A DNA stretch of 64,000 nucleotides, taken from positions 70,274 to 134,273 of IMG/VR virus record IMGVR_UViG_3300037400_002699; one strand, 5' to 3'. Source of the DNA: a virus (taxonomy: Duplodnaviria > Caudoviricetes). Below are positions 28,601 to 36,800 of the stretch, piece after piece (position 1 is the first letter of the stretch; every line of letters begins with the position of its first letter). The notes under the pieces were generated by a model. That model had not been told where the DNA came from, did no database searches, and was given only the letters and a program-made list of their open reading frames with translations. Both the position numbers and the translations under genes were made by a program.

Positions 28601-28709
28601 TAATAATAGGCAGCTCGCCTACGTCTTGGCCTTTTACAGTAACGATGCTCGCTGGGGTAACAGCAACTACCGCTCCTGCGGCTGCGCAGTTCGCCCTGTG
28701 GTTGGTTGA
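25602..28709 (+). CDS. Trimeric receptor-binding fibre: Mtd_N-like N-terminus, YadA/Hep_Hag-like SHAEG repeats, stalk, C-terminal CLec-fold DGR-target domain
   Basis: LVEGEIAVN; ~28 14-aa SHAEGxxTxASGxx units; KWATMNIGA...GLYFAWG...WRMPT...FFPAAG...YWSSS...AVRPV. Confidence 0.88.
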   Translation: MTKNANYVSHKKSKQIVDGKPKLPLASALVEGEIAVNFGKDVETLSIKNESGDVVTFSSDNYYTEKKLGSGFTGANSAVTVTDVIEENEEIIAAALTDLDERKLDASAYTELWEAGTGENSVILKNSNNVASGISSVAEGSGTTASGNYSHAEGNNTTASGYYSHVEGYNTIASGSPSHAEGIYTQAIASASHAEGYGTIASGSPSHAEGFNTMAIANYSHAEGYQTRAFGYTSHTEGYYTTASGNSSHAEGYYTTASGDTSHAEGHYTTASGDYSHAEGQSTKAIGGQSHAEGYYTTASGYYSHTEGQRTIASGNSSHAEGQSTSATSYASHAEGSSTIASGDSSHAEGASTSATSLYSHAEGYLTKASGNHGSHAEGQSTSATSISSHAEGYGTIASGNYSHAEGQNTTASGSRSHAEGNNTVASDNSSHAEGQNTTASGNSSHAEGYYATASGNYSHAEGQNTTASGGRSHAEGQSTSATSYASHAEGSSTIASGNYSHAEGNNTTAGGNYSHAEGYSTTANNDSEHASGQYNVSYSATTTFGDSGNTLFSVGNGNYSAPHNAFEIRQNGDIYITSGGTVTSSPIKLQDYIGGGGSITVDQVLDDTTSASTNPVSSKAVYKAVTDNELVWTNAYVTLSGTVSAHTANTEIHVTAADKEKLHTITGSVGTMAYENANSYSSATEVNTALGNKANTATTLAGYGITDAYTKSETSGATEISNALSGKVDSATYNTHTGDTTIHFTTGAVQTQIDNSISGKVNTSDIISAITSSNSGSTAPIATKVVAENELTVSNALNDLNTTITAHTADTSIHVTQALLDRIAYLESKVIYNGHDYVEIGGLKWATMNIGASQPSDYGLYFAWGDTQGYTAEQVGSGEGQKYFGWADYKYGNGTSSPGATGMTKYNATDGLTTLEAVDDAAVANWGGSWRMPTTAEFQALGAAVNTAWTQVNNVYGILCTDKTDSSKTLFFPAAGFCYNGSVRNVGNDGDYWSSSLITNNRQLAYVLAFYSNDARWGNSNYRSCGCAVRPVVG
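26006..27190 (+). repeat. 42-bp (14-aa) tandem repeats, ~28 units
   Basis: TCTCAYGCWGAAGG-N7-ACAACAGCAAGTGG framework. Confidence 0.92.
28521..28709 (+). other. Putative DGR variable region VR1
   Basis: Abrupt shift to NNC/NNT codons at the positions that are AAY in Bacteroidota DGR templates. Confidence 0.75.
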
Positions 28710-28912
28710 CGAATCAAAACTGACGTTTGTTTCAACACAGCTATAGCTGTATGGTAATTCATCATACAACCATATGATTTGGATAATAGATTTCAATTCT
28801 GTTAGAAATATTATTTATTTGCATAATATTTTTATATTTGAATTTGATATTTATTATTAAATGTAACAATTAACAAAAATAGATAATAAATTAATAAAAT
28901 ATTTTAAAAATT

Positions 28913-30733
28913 ATGATTAAGAATCTTTATTCACTAGGGCTTTTACGTAACGGTAAGGTCTATTCTAACAAGGAATTGGCAGCTCAAGGCTTGAAACAAT
29001 CAGCAACAAACGATGGTGTTGCAAAGTTGGCTCGTTATTTAGCCCCTGTTGCTGGTGGAGACACAATCATCCGTACATTGGTAGGCTTCTATGCAAATGC
29101 TGATGAAATGGAGGACAATGGCGGTGGTAAATCATACTACACCATTCTTGACGTTGAAGGAAGTGCAGCAGATGTTGAGGAAATCAAAGAAGAAGTCGCT
29201 AAAATCAATGAGTTAATTGGTGATGGAATTAGTGGCACTACTCTTACAGACGCAATCAACGACATCAATGACAGAATCGGTAGTGGTTTCTCTGAGGACT
29301 TTACAGTAGCAGATGCATTGGTAGCACTTGCTGATGAGTTGGAAGACAAACTAACAGTTTCTCTTGATGTTGCAGGAGAACCTGCAAGCGGTTTTCTTAA
29401 GACTTATATCCTTTCACAAGGAACTGGTACTGGCAAGACTGAGATTGGACGCATTGACATTCCAAAAGACCTTGTGGTAACTGAAGGTAAACTAGTACAC
29501 GGTACTTGGAGTGGCGATACGTTTACAGAGGATGAGGAAGGTCCTGATACCGCTATCAAACTTGTGATTGCAAACCAAGAAGACCCTGTATACATCAACA
29601 CCAAAGACCTTGTTGATTATTACACGGCAGGAAATGGTATTGATATTGACAATACACATAATACCATTTCAATCAAGTATAATACCCACAGTGAGAGATT
29701 CCTTGTTGTAGACGAGGATGGTATTAGGGTTGAGGGCATACAAGCAGCAATCGACAAGAAGGCTGACGAAGAGAGACTTGAGGCAAGTGATGGCATTTCA
29801 ATCGCTTCAAACAAGGTTAAGGCTGTTGCAGCAGGATATTCAGCTCCAGCAATAAAGAACCCAATCACAGTTGATAAGGACGGTATCAAGTTTGCAAACA
29901 TACTTGATTGTGGATTCTTCGATGACGAAACTGAGATTGTTTCTACAGCAGAGGATATTAACGCAATCGCAGACCCACAGAATACTGATGTGTTCATCAA
30001 CGGTGACGGAGCATTGAATGCACTTACAGATAAGAAGACATTCAAGAACATTGAAGTTAGTGACGTTGACGCAAATCAGCAGATTTACCTTTATGCGGCA
30101 GAGTCAATCAACGTTGATGGTATGGAAGTAACTGGAACAAAGGGTTCAACAAACGGATATGTTAACTATAGCGCACCTGTAATTAACATTTCTAATCTTT
30201 CAATTGCAAATGGTTCAACAGCATATAACATATTTGAGGGAGACCAAGCAAATCAGAACCTTGATGAATTAAATGCGCAGTATGTAACAGTTGACAACCC
30301 ATCACTTACGCACAACGTGTTCAATGTTTATAAGCCAAAAGATAATGCTGTAATCAATATTTCTGACTCTAAGTTTAATTTGACTGCTGAAAATTCCAAC
30401 ATTTTGAGAGTAAGCAACTATGCTAATGCTACAAATGTTACAGTTAACTTCGAAAACGTAGATTGGACATATGAGAATGGACTAACGAAAGATAATTGGC
30501 GTTGGGCAGGATTAGTTATCTATCAACCAGCAGGCGGTGATGCAGGACTTAGTGGCAATTTGGATGCAATGAAGACCTGGAAGTTCAACTTCATTAACTG
30601 CAAATACAATGGTGTTAAGGTGACTGCAAATAACTTCGGTGAACATAACCAGGTATTCTACATGTACAATGTAGGTGGAGACGGAAGCATAAAAGACCCA
30701 GTTGAAAATGGTTTGATATTGAGCTTCGAATAA
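28913..30733 (+). CDS. Fibre/virion structural protein, paralog of 12972..14906, with extra C-terminal beta-rich domain
   Basis: Shared N-domain; internal ILDCGFF motif followed by an Asn-rich beta-helix-like domain. Confidence 0.8.
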   Translation: MIKNLYSLGLLRNGKVYSNKELAAQGLKQSATNDGVAKLARYLAPVAGGDTIIRTLVGFYANADEMEDNGGGKSYYTILDVEGSAADVEEIKEEVAKINELIGDGISGTTLTDAINDINDRIGSGFSEDFTVADALVALADELEDKLTVSLDVAGEPASGFLKTYILSQGTGTGKTEIGRIDIPKDLVVTEGKLVHGTWSGDTFTEDEEGPDTAIKLVIANQEDPVYINTKDLVDYYTAGNGIDIDNTHNTISIKYNTHSERFLVVDEDGIRVEGIQAAIDKKADEERLEASDGISIASNKVKAVAAGYSAPAIKNPITVDKDGIKFANILDCGFFDDETEIVSTAEDINAIADPQNTDVFINGDGALNALTDKKTFKNIEVSDVDANQQIYLYAAESINVDGMEVTGTKGSTNGYVNYSAPVINISNLSIANGSTAYNIFEGDQANQNLDELNAQYVTVDNPSLTHNVFNVYKPKDNAVINISDSKFNLTAENSNILRVSNYANATNVTVNFENVDWTYENGLTKDNWRWAGLVIYQPAGGDAGLSGNLDAMKTWKFNFINCKYNGVKVTANNFGEHNQVFYMYNVGGDGSIKDPVENGLILSFE

Positions 30734-30757
30734 GCGAAATAATATCTTATTAATAAT

Positions 30758-30794
30758 AAAAGGATAACCCAAGCGTTATGGGTTATCCTTTTTT
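30758..30794 (+). terminator. Intrinsic terminator
   Basis: AAAAGGATAACCCA...TGGGTTATCCTTTTTT. Confidence 0.85.
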
Positions 30795-30874
30795 ATTGGG
30801 AACGATATACCTGTTGATACAAAACTCAAATAAAACAAACACTTCGTAATATTTATATAGAAAGAAATAATATT

Positions 30875-31633
30875 ATGAAATATCTAAAGAAATTTGAGAA
30901 TTATGCTTCTTATGAGGAAGCTAGACAAAATTTAATTTTGCCTAATGTAAGTTTCTGTGAGCAAGAGAATGAGGTATATTATAATCCTTATGTTGACCCT
31001 TATAACGGTCATGCATATGTTGACCTTGGTTTGCCAAGCGGCACGAAATGGGCAACGATGAATGTCGGAGCAACGAAACCAGAGGAATATGGACTGTATT
31101 TCGCTTGGGGAGATACACAAGGTTATACAGCAAGTCAAGTTGGTAGTGGTGAAGGACAGAAGGCATTCGCTTGGGCTGATTATAAGTGGAGCGAAGATGG
31201 TGGTACAACCATGTCCAAGTACAATGCAACAGATGGTAAGACCATATTAGACATTGAGGATGATGCTGTGGCAGTTGCTTGGGGCGGCAGTTGGAAGACA
31301 CCTACTGCGGAGCAGTTCCAAGAGTTGATTGATAATACCGAAAAAAGGTGGACAAGTCGTACTGTTGAAAACACTACGGTAAACGGTTATGAGTTTGCTA
31401 AGTCTGGAGACGCAACCTTTAGTGGAGATACACTCTTCATTCCTGCCGCTGGTGACGCTGACCGTGGCGGTATATACAATGTAGGTAAATTAGGCGGCAT
31501 CTGGAGTAGTTCTCTCTACAGTTCTAGTGATGGGTTCGGTCTCAGCTTGTACTTCAGTAGTGGCTATGGTGCTAGCGTGTACAATCTCAGCGTCCGTTGC
31601 AACGGATACTCTGTTCGTGGCGTGGTTGGTTAA
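30875..31633 (+). CDS. Shared N-module fused to a CLec-fold DGR-target domain
   Basis: MKYLKKFEN...LPNVSFC; YVDLGLPSGTKWATMNVGA...FIPAAG...WSSSL...GYSVRGV. Confidence 0.88.
   Translation: MKYLKKFENYASYEEARQNLILPNVSFCEQENEVYYNPYVDPYNGHAYVDLGLPSGTKWATMNVGATKPEEYGLYFAWGDTQGYTASQVGSGEGQKAFAWADYKWSEDGGTTMSKYNATDGKTILDIEDDAVAVAWGGSWKTPTAEQFQELIDNTEKRWTSRTVENTTVNGYEFAKSGDATFSGDTLFIPAAGDADRGGIYNVGKLGGIWSSSLYSSSDGFGLSLYFSSGYGASVYNLSVRCNGYSVRGVVG
31442..31633 (+). other. Putative DGR variable region VR2
   Basis: NNC/NNT-rich, locally GC-elevated 3' end with the same protein framework as VR1. Confidence 0.7.
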
Positions 31634-31655
31634 GGACTGAAATTAATTTTAAATT

Positions 31656-31853
31656 ATGTCTAAGAATTCAAATATTAATTGGGAACAAGTTAGGGTTGAT
31701 GCTGCGATAAACGTGATGAATGCCATATTGTCTAGTTCAATAATGGTATTCCTCTTTCAGTTTGTATTCAAGAAGCAAATATCTGATATTGCTGTCAGTT
31801 ATGCTGATAAACTAGTTGAAGAATTAAAGAAAGAAAAAACGCTCAAGGATTAG
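31656..31853 (+). CDS. Small protein, paralog of 17769..17954
   Basis: INWEQVRVDAAINVMNAILSSSIMVFLFQF...AVSYADKLVEELKK. Confidence 0.8.
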   Translation: MSKNSNINWEQVRVDAAINVMNAILSSSIMVFLFQFVFKKQISDIAVSYADKLVEELKKEKTLKD

Positions 31854-31931
31854 TACCTTGGGCGTTATTTTGTTGCTGCTGTTGTTATTGGTTCTCTAGT
31901 CTTCCTATTGCACATAACGCTACTTTCATGA

Positions 31932-32369
31932 TTAATTAATCATTAAAATATTGCACATTGCTAATTTATTTTCTACTTGGCTCAAAGTTTCACCAAACCT
32001 GAAGAAGAGTCTACCCCTTTCATCTGGGTATTCGTCATAGTCATCAACGTTTTCCCAGGCTAACGCTATGATACCATCATAGCAATCACTTATTGAGAAG
32101 CAACAGTTATCTTGTATTAAGTCAAGCTTTATTTTCATCTTTACTATATGGACTTCAGATATATATTTATCATCAACCATTAAGTCATTAACTAGGCACG
32201 CTGGCTTTATATTGAAGTCTTCCCCCCACACCTCGTCAACATTCTCAGTAAATATGAACTCATATCTGTAATACCCATCAGACTCTTCACCTATAAGCTT
32301 TATAAAACCAAGTCTAACCTCTTCTTCATCCTCATTATTTAAGTTCAGTGATTGGTCTAATTCTTCCAT
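31932..32369 (-). CDS. Hypothetical acidic protein
   Basis: 145-aa ORF in a tightly packed minus-strand operon. Confidence 0.75.
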   Translation of the reverse strand: MEELDQSLNLNNEDEEEVRLGFIKLIGEESDGYYRYEFIFTENVDEVWGEDFNIKPACLVNDLMVDDKYISEVHIVKMKIKLDLIQDNCCFSISDCYDGIIALAWENVDDYDEYPDERGRLFFRFGETLSQVENKLAMCNILMIN

Positions 32370-33156
32370 AATTCAACGTATCTTTAACTTTCTTAGAAGC
32401 CTCGAACTTAGTTCCCTTTGACTTCATAAGGTTTTTATATTCCCCAATCTTCTTCAAGAAGTTCTCGCTGTCAGCAAGCTTATCGATTGGAGTCTCCGAA
32501 ATAATATCAAGTATTTGCTGTTCCTTTTCAGTTACACCATCCTGGAACTCTATATCTTTATCTCTCTTACCACCATAGGTAACAATCTCCTGGTTGTTTT
32601 TAAGGATGTCTCCAATAGTCTCATTTACAGGCTCTTTCTTGTCTTTCCAAGCCTCTTCAAAGTCTTTCTCTGCCTCTTCCTTGAGTTCTTCCATCAAGTT
32701 CATAGTGTTGCCGTCCTCTTTGAAAGTAACAGGGTTTGACTTGAACTCTTCTGACTCAAGAACATCCATTATCTTCTTTGCCTCTGGCTTGATAACAATA
32801 TCCTCCATCTTTTTCTTTGCTTCCTCAAGCTTCTTCTCATATTCTTTCTGAGCAGTTGCAATGCTTTCCTTGATTTCTTCTCCAACTGAGTTTGCAGAAC
32901 CGCTTCCATTACAACTACGAATTTCCTTAATCTTCTGGGCGATTCCATATGATTTATCAATAAGTTCTCTGTCAATTTCAGCCTGTTTCTTCCTATCAAG
33001 AACACTAGCACCTTCAATGTATGTCTTAGGCTCTTTCTTTGATATAACCTCAGTATCAGTTACCTCTCCGTTTTTTAGACTAAGAGAAATGTAATTATCC
33101 TTATCCGCATCGATGATAATCTTCACGATTTTGGACTCATCAAAATTAATATTCAT
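32335..33156 (-). CDS. Hypothetical K/E-rich protein
   Basis: 273-aa ORF with phage-like codon usage. Confidence 0.75.
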   Translation of the reverse strand: MNINFDESKIVKIIIDADKDNYISLSLKNGEVTDTEVISKKEPKTYIEGASVLDRKKQAEIDRELIDKSYGIAQKIKEIRSCNGSGSANSVGEEIKESIATAQKEYEKKLEEAKKKMEDIVIKPEAKKIMDVLESEEFKSNPVTFKEDGNTMNLMEELKEEAEKDFEEAWKDKKEPVNETIGDILKNNQEIVTYGGKRDKDIEFQDGVTEKEQQILDIISETPIDKLADSENFLKKIGEYKNLMKSKGTKFEASKKVKDTLNYGRIRPITELK

Positions 33157-33184
33157 AATCTTTCTGTTTCTTTATTTAAATTAT

Positions 33185-33685
33185 TTAGCAAGTACCCCTA
33201 TAGACCCATTCTTTTCTATCCATATTGTACTGCATATTATAATATTGTTTCTCAGCCTCACGGTATCTCTTTCTGTCCTCAGACCATAGTTTTCTCAAGT
33301 TCCAGTAGAGTGAAATTACACCCCACAGTCTTTTAGGATTGAGATAAAATATAAATCTGTTCAACTTGCTCTTGAAGCTCATCTTCTCAGTGCCTTTAGA
33401 TGGGTCGTACCCATAAATTGCCTGCCTATTGCTGATTTTATCGACGTATCTACAGTTATACTTATTCATCCCATATGTAGCTCTCAATAGAACCTGTAGC
33501 ATTCTTCTCTCCTGCTTCAGCCTGGACATAGGTTTATGGGTATCCTGCTTAATACGGTTCTTTGTATCCGTTGCTTCCTTGAACATAGCCTTGAACACCT
33601 CATAGTCTCTTGGTAGATTCTCTATTTCCAAATAGCTAAGCATACCATTGATACCGTTATTATAAATTGCCTTGTCTATTGCCAT
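33185..33685 (-). CDS. Hypothetical protein
   Basis: ORF with ATG at 33685 directly after the helicase stop. Confidence 0.7.
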   Translation of the reverse strand: MAIDKAIYNNGINGMLSYLEIENLPRDYEVFKAMFKEATDTKNRIKQDTHKPMSRLKQERRMLQVLLRATYGMNKYNCRYVDKISNRQAIYGYDPSKGTEKMSFKSKLNRFIFYLNPKRLWGVISLYWNLRKLWSEDRKRYREAEKQYYNMQYNMDRKEWVYRGTC

Positions 33686-33686
33686 A

Positions 33687-35645
33687 TTATTTATTCTTTT
33701 CGCTAACAATTATATTGTCGATTATTTCCTGTTTTCCACGAACCTTATCGAACATCTCCTTATAAAATGTATTGGAAAACACTTGATAATAAATAGTTAC
33801 TGGCTTTTTTTGCCCAATTCTATGTATTCTGTCCTCTGCCTGTTGATTATCAATACTTAGCCAAGAAAACGAATTAAATATCATTACGTCGCTAGAAATA
33901 AGTGTCAACCCGACTGATGCGCTTTGTATGTTGCCTATAAATACTTTTATTTTTGGGTTATCCTGGAATTCAGCAACAGACTTGTCTTTCCTCTTTGCAA
34001 GCATTTTTCCGTTATGTACAACACAGATGTCCTTAAATGCTTCCTTGATGGTGTTAAGTTCCTCATCGAATGAACAGAATATAACGACCTTATGACCAAG
34101 GTCAACACATTTTTTTGCAAGGTCAATTGTCTTATCAACCATAGTCTTAGATAGCCACATCCTAAGCATTGTACCTTCAATTATTTTTTTATATTTTTCA
34201 AGGTCAGATGGGTCTTTTTCGTTTTGTGCCTCTACATATTCTTCCCATACTTTATTATAACTCTTCTCCTCATCTGGTGTGAGGCTGTAGTTAAGAACTT
34301 TAACTCTTTTCTTTGGTAACTCAAGGTCATTTTTATCCCTTCTTAAATAACAGGTCTTAACAACTTCCTGTAATTCTTCGAGATTTGACGCACCATTGGT
34401 AACCCATATTTTCTTACATTTCTTATCAAGAATTTCATTAAGCTCTTTCTTCTCCTCATCATCAAGCTCAAACCAACTCTTTTTACCCACCTTTTTGCAG
34501 TAGATAAGTGTGTGCGCGTCACGCTCCTTTTTGTTATAGAAGAACCTACCATCACAATATCTCTCAACATAGTATTTCCAATCATCAGCAACTGGTGCTC
34601 CTATGATTTTAAGAATGTTATAAAAGTTTATAATCCTATTAGAAATAGGTGTGCCAGTAAGTTCATATATTCCCTTAGGGTTAAGCCTCTTAACGAGGTC
34701 TGACATTATTTTATAGAAACCACTAGTAGTATTAGATAGTCTATGTGCTTCATCTATTATTAGAAGGTCAAATTCTGATTGGTATAGCTGACTATTCTCC
34801 ATTGCTTCGGCAATGACAGCCTTCTTCCTTGATATCCTCTCCTTCTCCTTTGTCACCTTAGTTATGGTATCACCATCCAGTTCCAATGAGGTCTGCTTAA
34901 CAGTCTCCATTGGAATCTCGTAGAAGTTCTTTAAAATATCATAGTTAATGATGGTGAATCTGTTCTCTTTCCATTTACTACCTTCCACTATTGTTATATC
35001 GTCCTCATCGACATACTGCATCAGTTCCTTCTTCCAATTAAGCTTCAATGATGCTGGGCAAACTATCAATATTTTCTGATATTTGTCCTCAAGTGCAGCA
35101 ACTATGGCTGAAGACGTTTTACCAAAGCCAGGAGAATCAGCGAGAATAGCCTTCTTTTTGCTTGTAAGGAACTTAACAGCATCCTCCTGGTGAGGATAAA
35201 GGATACGACCCGAACGCTCGTTGTAGGGCTTAAAATCAATTTCTTTCTTAGTCCAGTCTTCTGAAGTGAAATCTGTCAATATCCCTCTTTTGGATGCAAA
35301 CAGCTCCATAGCTCTTTCCTGGGACTGCCTGTAGATGCAGAAGAAATGATAATATGTCTCAGTCTCTCCAAGAAACCAAGTAATCTTGAGCTTCCTTGGC
35401 GAGAAGTCAAGTCCAAGTTCTTCTTTCTTCTTATCACCCCACCAGTCAGCTACCTTTACTATCTTGTTCAAAAGCACAGGCTCTCTGTTGTAGTTGGCAA
35501 GGATATACTCAACTTCAATATCGTTTAACGACTTGGAGTTGTATACGAAAACACTATTCTTCAACTTGATGATGTATGGGTTATCACCAGAATAGTCCTT
35601 CAATAGTTTATATGCCCTGTCAATATTTTCTAATGATTGCGCCAT
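33687..35645 (-). CDS. SNF2-family (HARP/SMARCAL1-like) helicase
   Basis: LADSPGFGKT, IVCPASLKLNW, IIDEAH, LTGTPI, KVVIFC, SVGLTL, QAEDRIHRIGQ. Confidence 0.95.
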   Translation of the reverse strand: MAQSLENIDRAYKLLKDYSGDNPYIIKLKNSVFVYNSKSLNDIEVEYILANYNREPVLLNKIVKVADWWGDKKKEELGLDFSPRKLKITWFLGETETYYHFFCIYRQSQERAMELFASKRGILTDFTSEDWTKKEIDFKPYNERSGRILYPHQEDAVKFLTSKKKAILADSPGFGKTSSAIVAALEDKYQKILIVCPASLKLNWKKELMQYVDEDDITIVEGSKWKENRFTIINYDILKNFYEIPMETVKQTSLELDGDTITKVTKEKERISRKKAVIAEAMENSQLYQSEFDLLIIDEAHRLSNTTSGFYKIMSDLVKRLNPKGIYELTGTPISNRIINFYNILKIIGAPVADDWKYYVERYCDGRFFYNKKERDAHTLIYCKKVGKKSWFELDDEEKKELNEILDKKCKKIWVTNGASNLEELQEVVKTCYLRRDKNDLELPKKRVKVLNYSLTPDEEKSYNKVWEEYVEAQNEKDPSDLEKYKKIIEGTMLRMWLSKTMVDKTIDLAKKCVDLGHKVVIFCSFDEELNTIKEAFKDICVVHNGKMLAKRKDKSVAEFQDNPKIKVFIGNIQSASVGLTLISSDVMIFNSFSWLSIDNQQAEDRIHRIGQKKPVTIYYQVFSNTFYKEMFDKVRGKQEIIDNIIVSEKNK

Positions 35646-35758
35646 ATGTTATATTTTATACCAGTATAAAATATAACATAATTTTTGAAAAAAACAAGTG
35701 TTTTGGAAGATTTTTTTACTAAATAACCAAATATTTATATTTATAAAGAAAATTGTAT

Positions 35759-36721
35759 ATGAAACAGATAATTAGATTGACAGAAAGCGATTTACATAGG
35801 CTTGTTAAGGAATCTGTAAAAATGGTACTTAACGAAGGACTGACTCCTGTGTTTAAAAGGATTGCAAAAAGGCATGGTGGTGTAAAATGGGTTGACAAGA
35901 GATACCAGTTTGACAAACTAGAATTTCCTAATTATGGATGGGATTATTTTTTTGAGGCAAAAACTGATGACATCCCATATAGACTTCTTCAATTTGCGGA
36001 CAGAGTTATGGAATTTAACGATGGTAAAACATTATATGCGATAAAACCACAATACCATAACAATGAACAGATAAAGCAGATGCTTAAGTCTAGTGAAGAA
36101 CTTGCTGATTTGAGAACAGCTGAAGGTGGATTTAAAGCTGGAACTGTGACAGACTATGCACACCGTGATGATTGGGGAGACCCAACAAAAAAGAAGCTGA
36201 CGGCAGATGGCATGAGACAATGGCAGCACAAAAAGGGTAGAGGAAAAATACCAGCAGAGCCATCAAGAATTAACAAAGAATTTAGAGATGAACACGACAT
36301 ATCACAAACTGGTGACTACGATGAATATGTTAAGAACTTCCTCTGCGATAAATTCAATGGATTATATGTGGACTACCATATAGCAGTACCAGCACCAAAA
36401 GATGGCAGATGGGGAGAAGAAGCAAGTAAAATAATAGACGTATTCAAGAAATATGGATACGGATGGGATGAAAGCTTCGGCAATAAAGATATTGAATATG
36501 CACTTGATTGGGCTGATGAAAGAACAAAAGATAGATTTAACCCAGATATAAACTATATGGGATTCGAGAAAGGAAAATCAAGAGCATATATGGAATGGGA
36601 CGACCCAGGAGCTTTCGGCTATAGTGCATCCAATCCTTATGGAACATATAGCTCACATAATATGCCAGAATCACCAAAGATAGGTACTAGCGAATTTATG
36701 AAGCAGAACGGACAGCAGTAA
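35759..36721 (+). CDS. Hypothetical protein with IRLTESDL leader (candidate internal head protein)
   Basis: MKQIIRLTESDLHRLVKESVKMVLNE; doubled ATATTTATA upstream; own terminator. Confidence 0.8.
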   Translation: MKQIIRLTESDLHRLVKESVKMVLNEGLTPVFKRIAKRHGGVKWVDKRYQFDKLEFPNYGWDYFFEAKTDDIPYRLLQFADRVMEFNDGKTLYAIKPQYHNNEQIKQMLKSSEELADLRTAEGGFKAGTVTDYAHRDDWGDPTKKKLTADGMRQWQHKKGRGKIPAEPSRINKEFRDEHDISQTGDYDEYVKNFLCDKFNGLYVDYHIAVPAPKDGRWGEEASKIIDVFKKYGYGWDESFGNKDIEYALDWADERTKDRFNPDINYMGFEKGKSRAYMEWDDPGAFGYSASNPYGTYSSHNMPESPKIGTSEFMKQNGQQ

Positions 36722-36800
36722 CATTAATGAGTGAATCGACAGGTTCACTCATTTTTATTTGTCATTATCTGATATTTATAAGAAATAATAGTGTTAACTA

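Noticed and set aside
28521-31633. One VR serving as the template repeat for the other
   Set aside because: Neither copy is AAY-saturated, both lie in intact genes, and they differ at many non-adenine positions.
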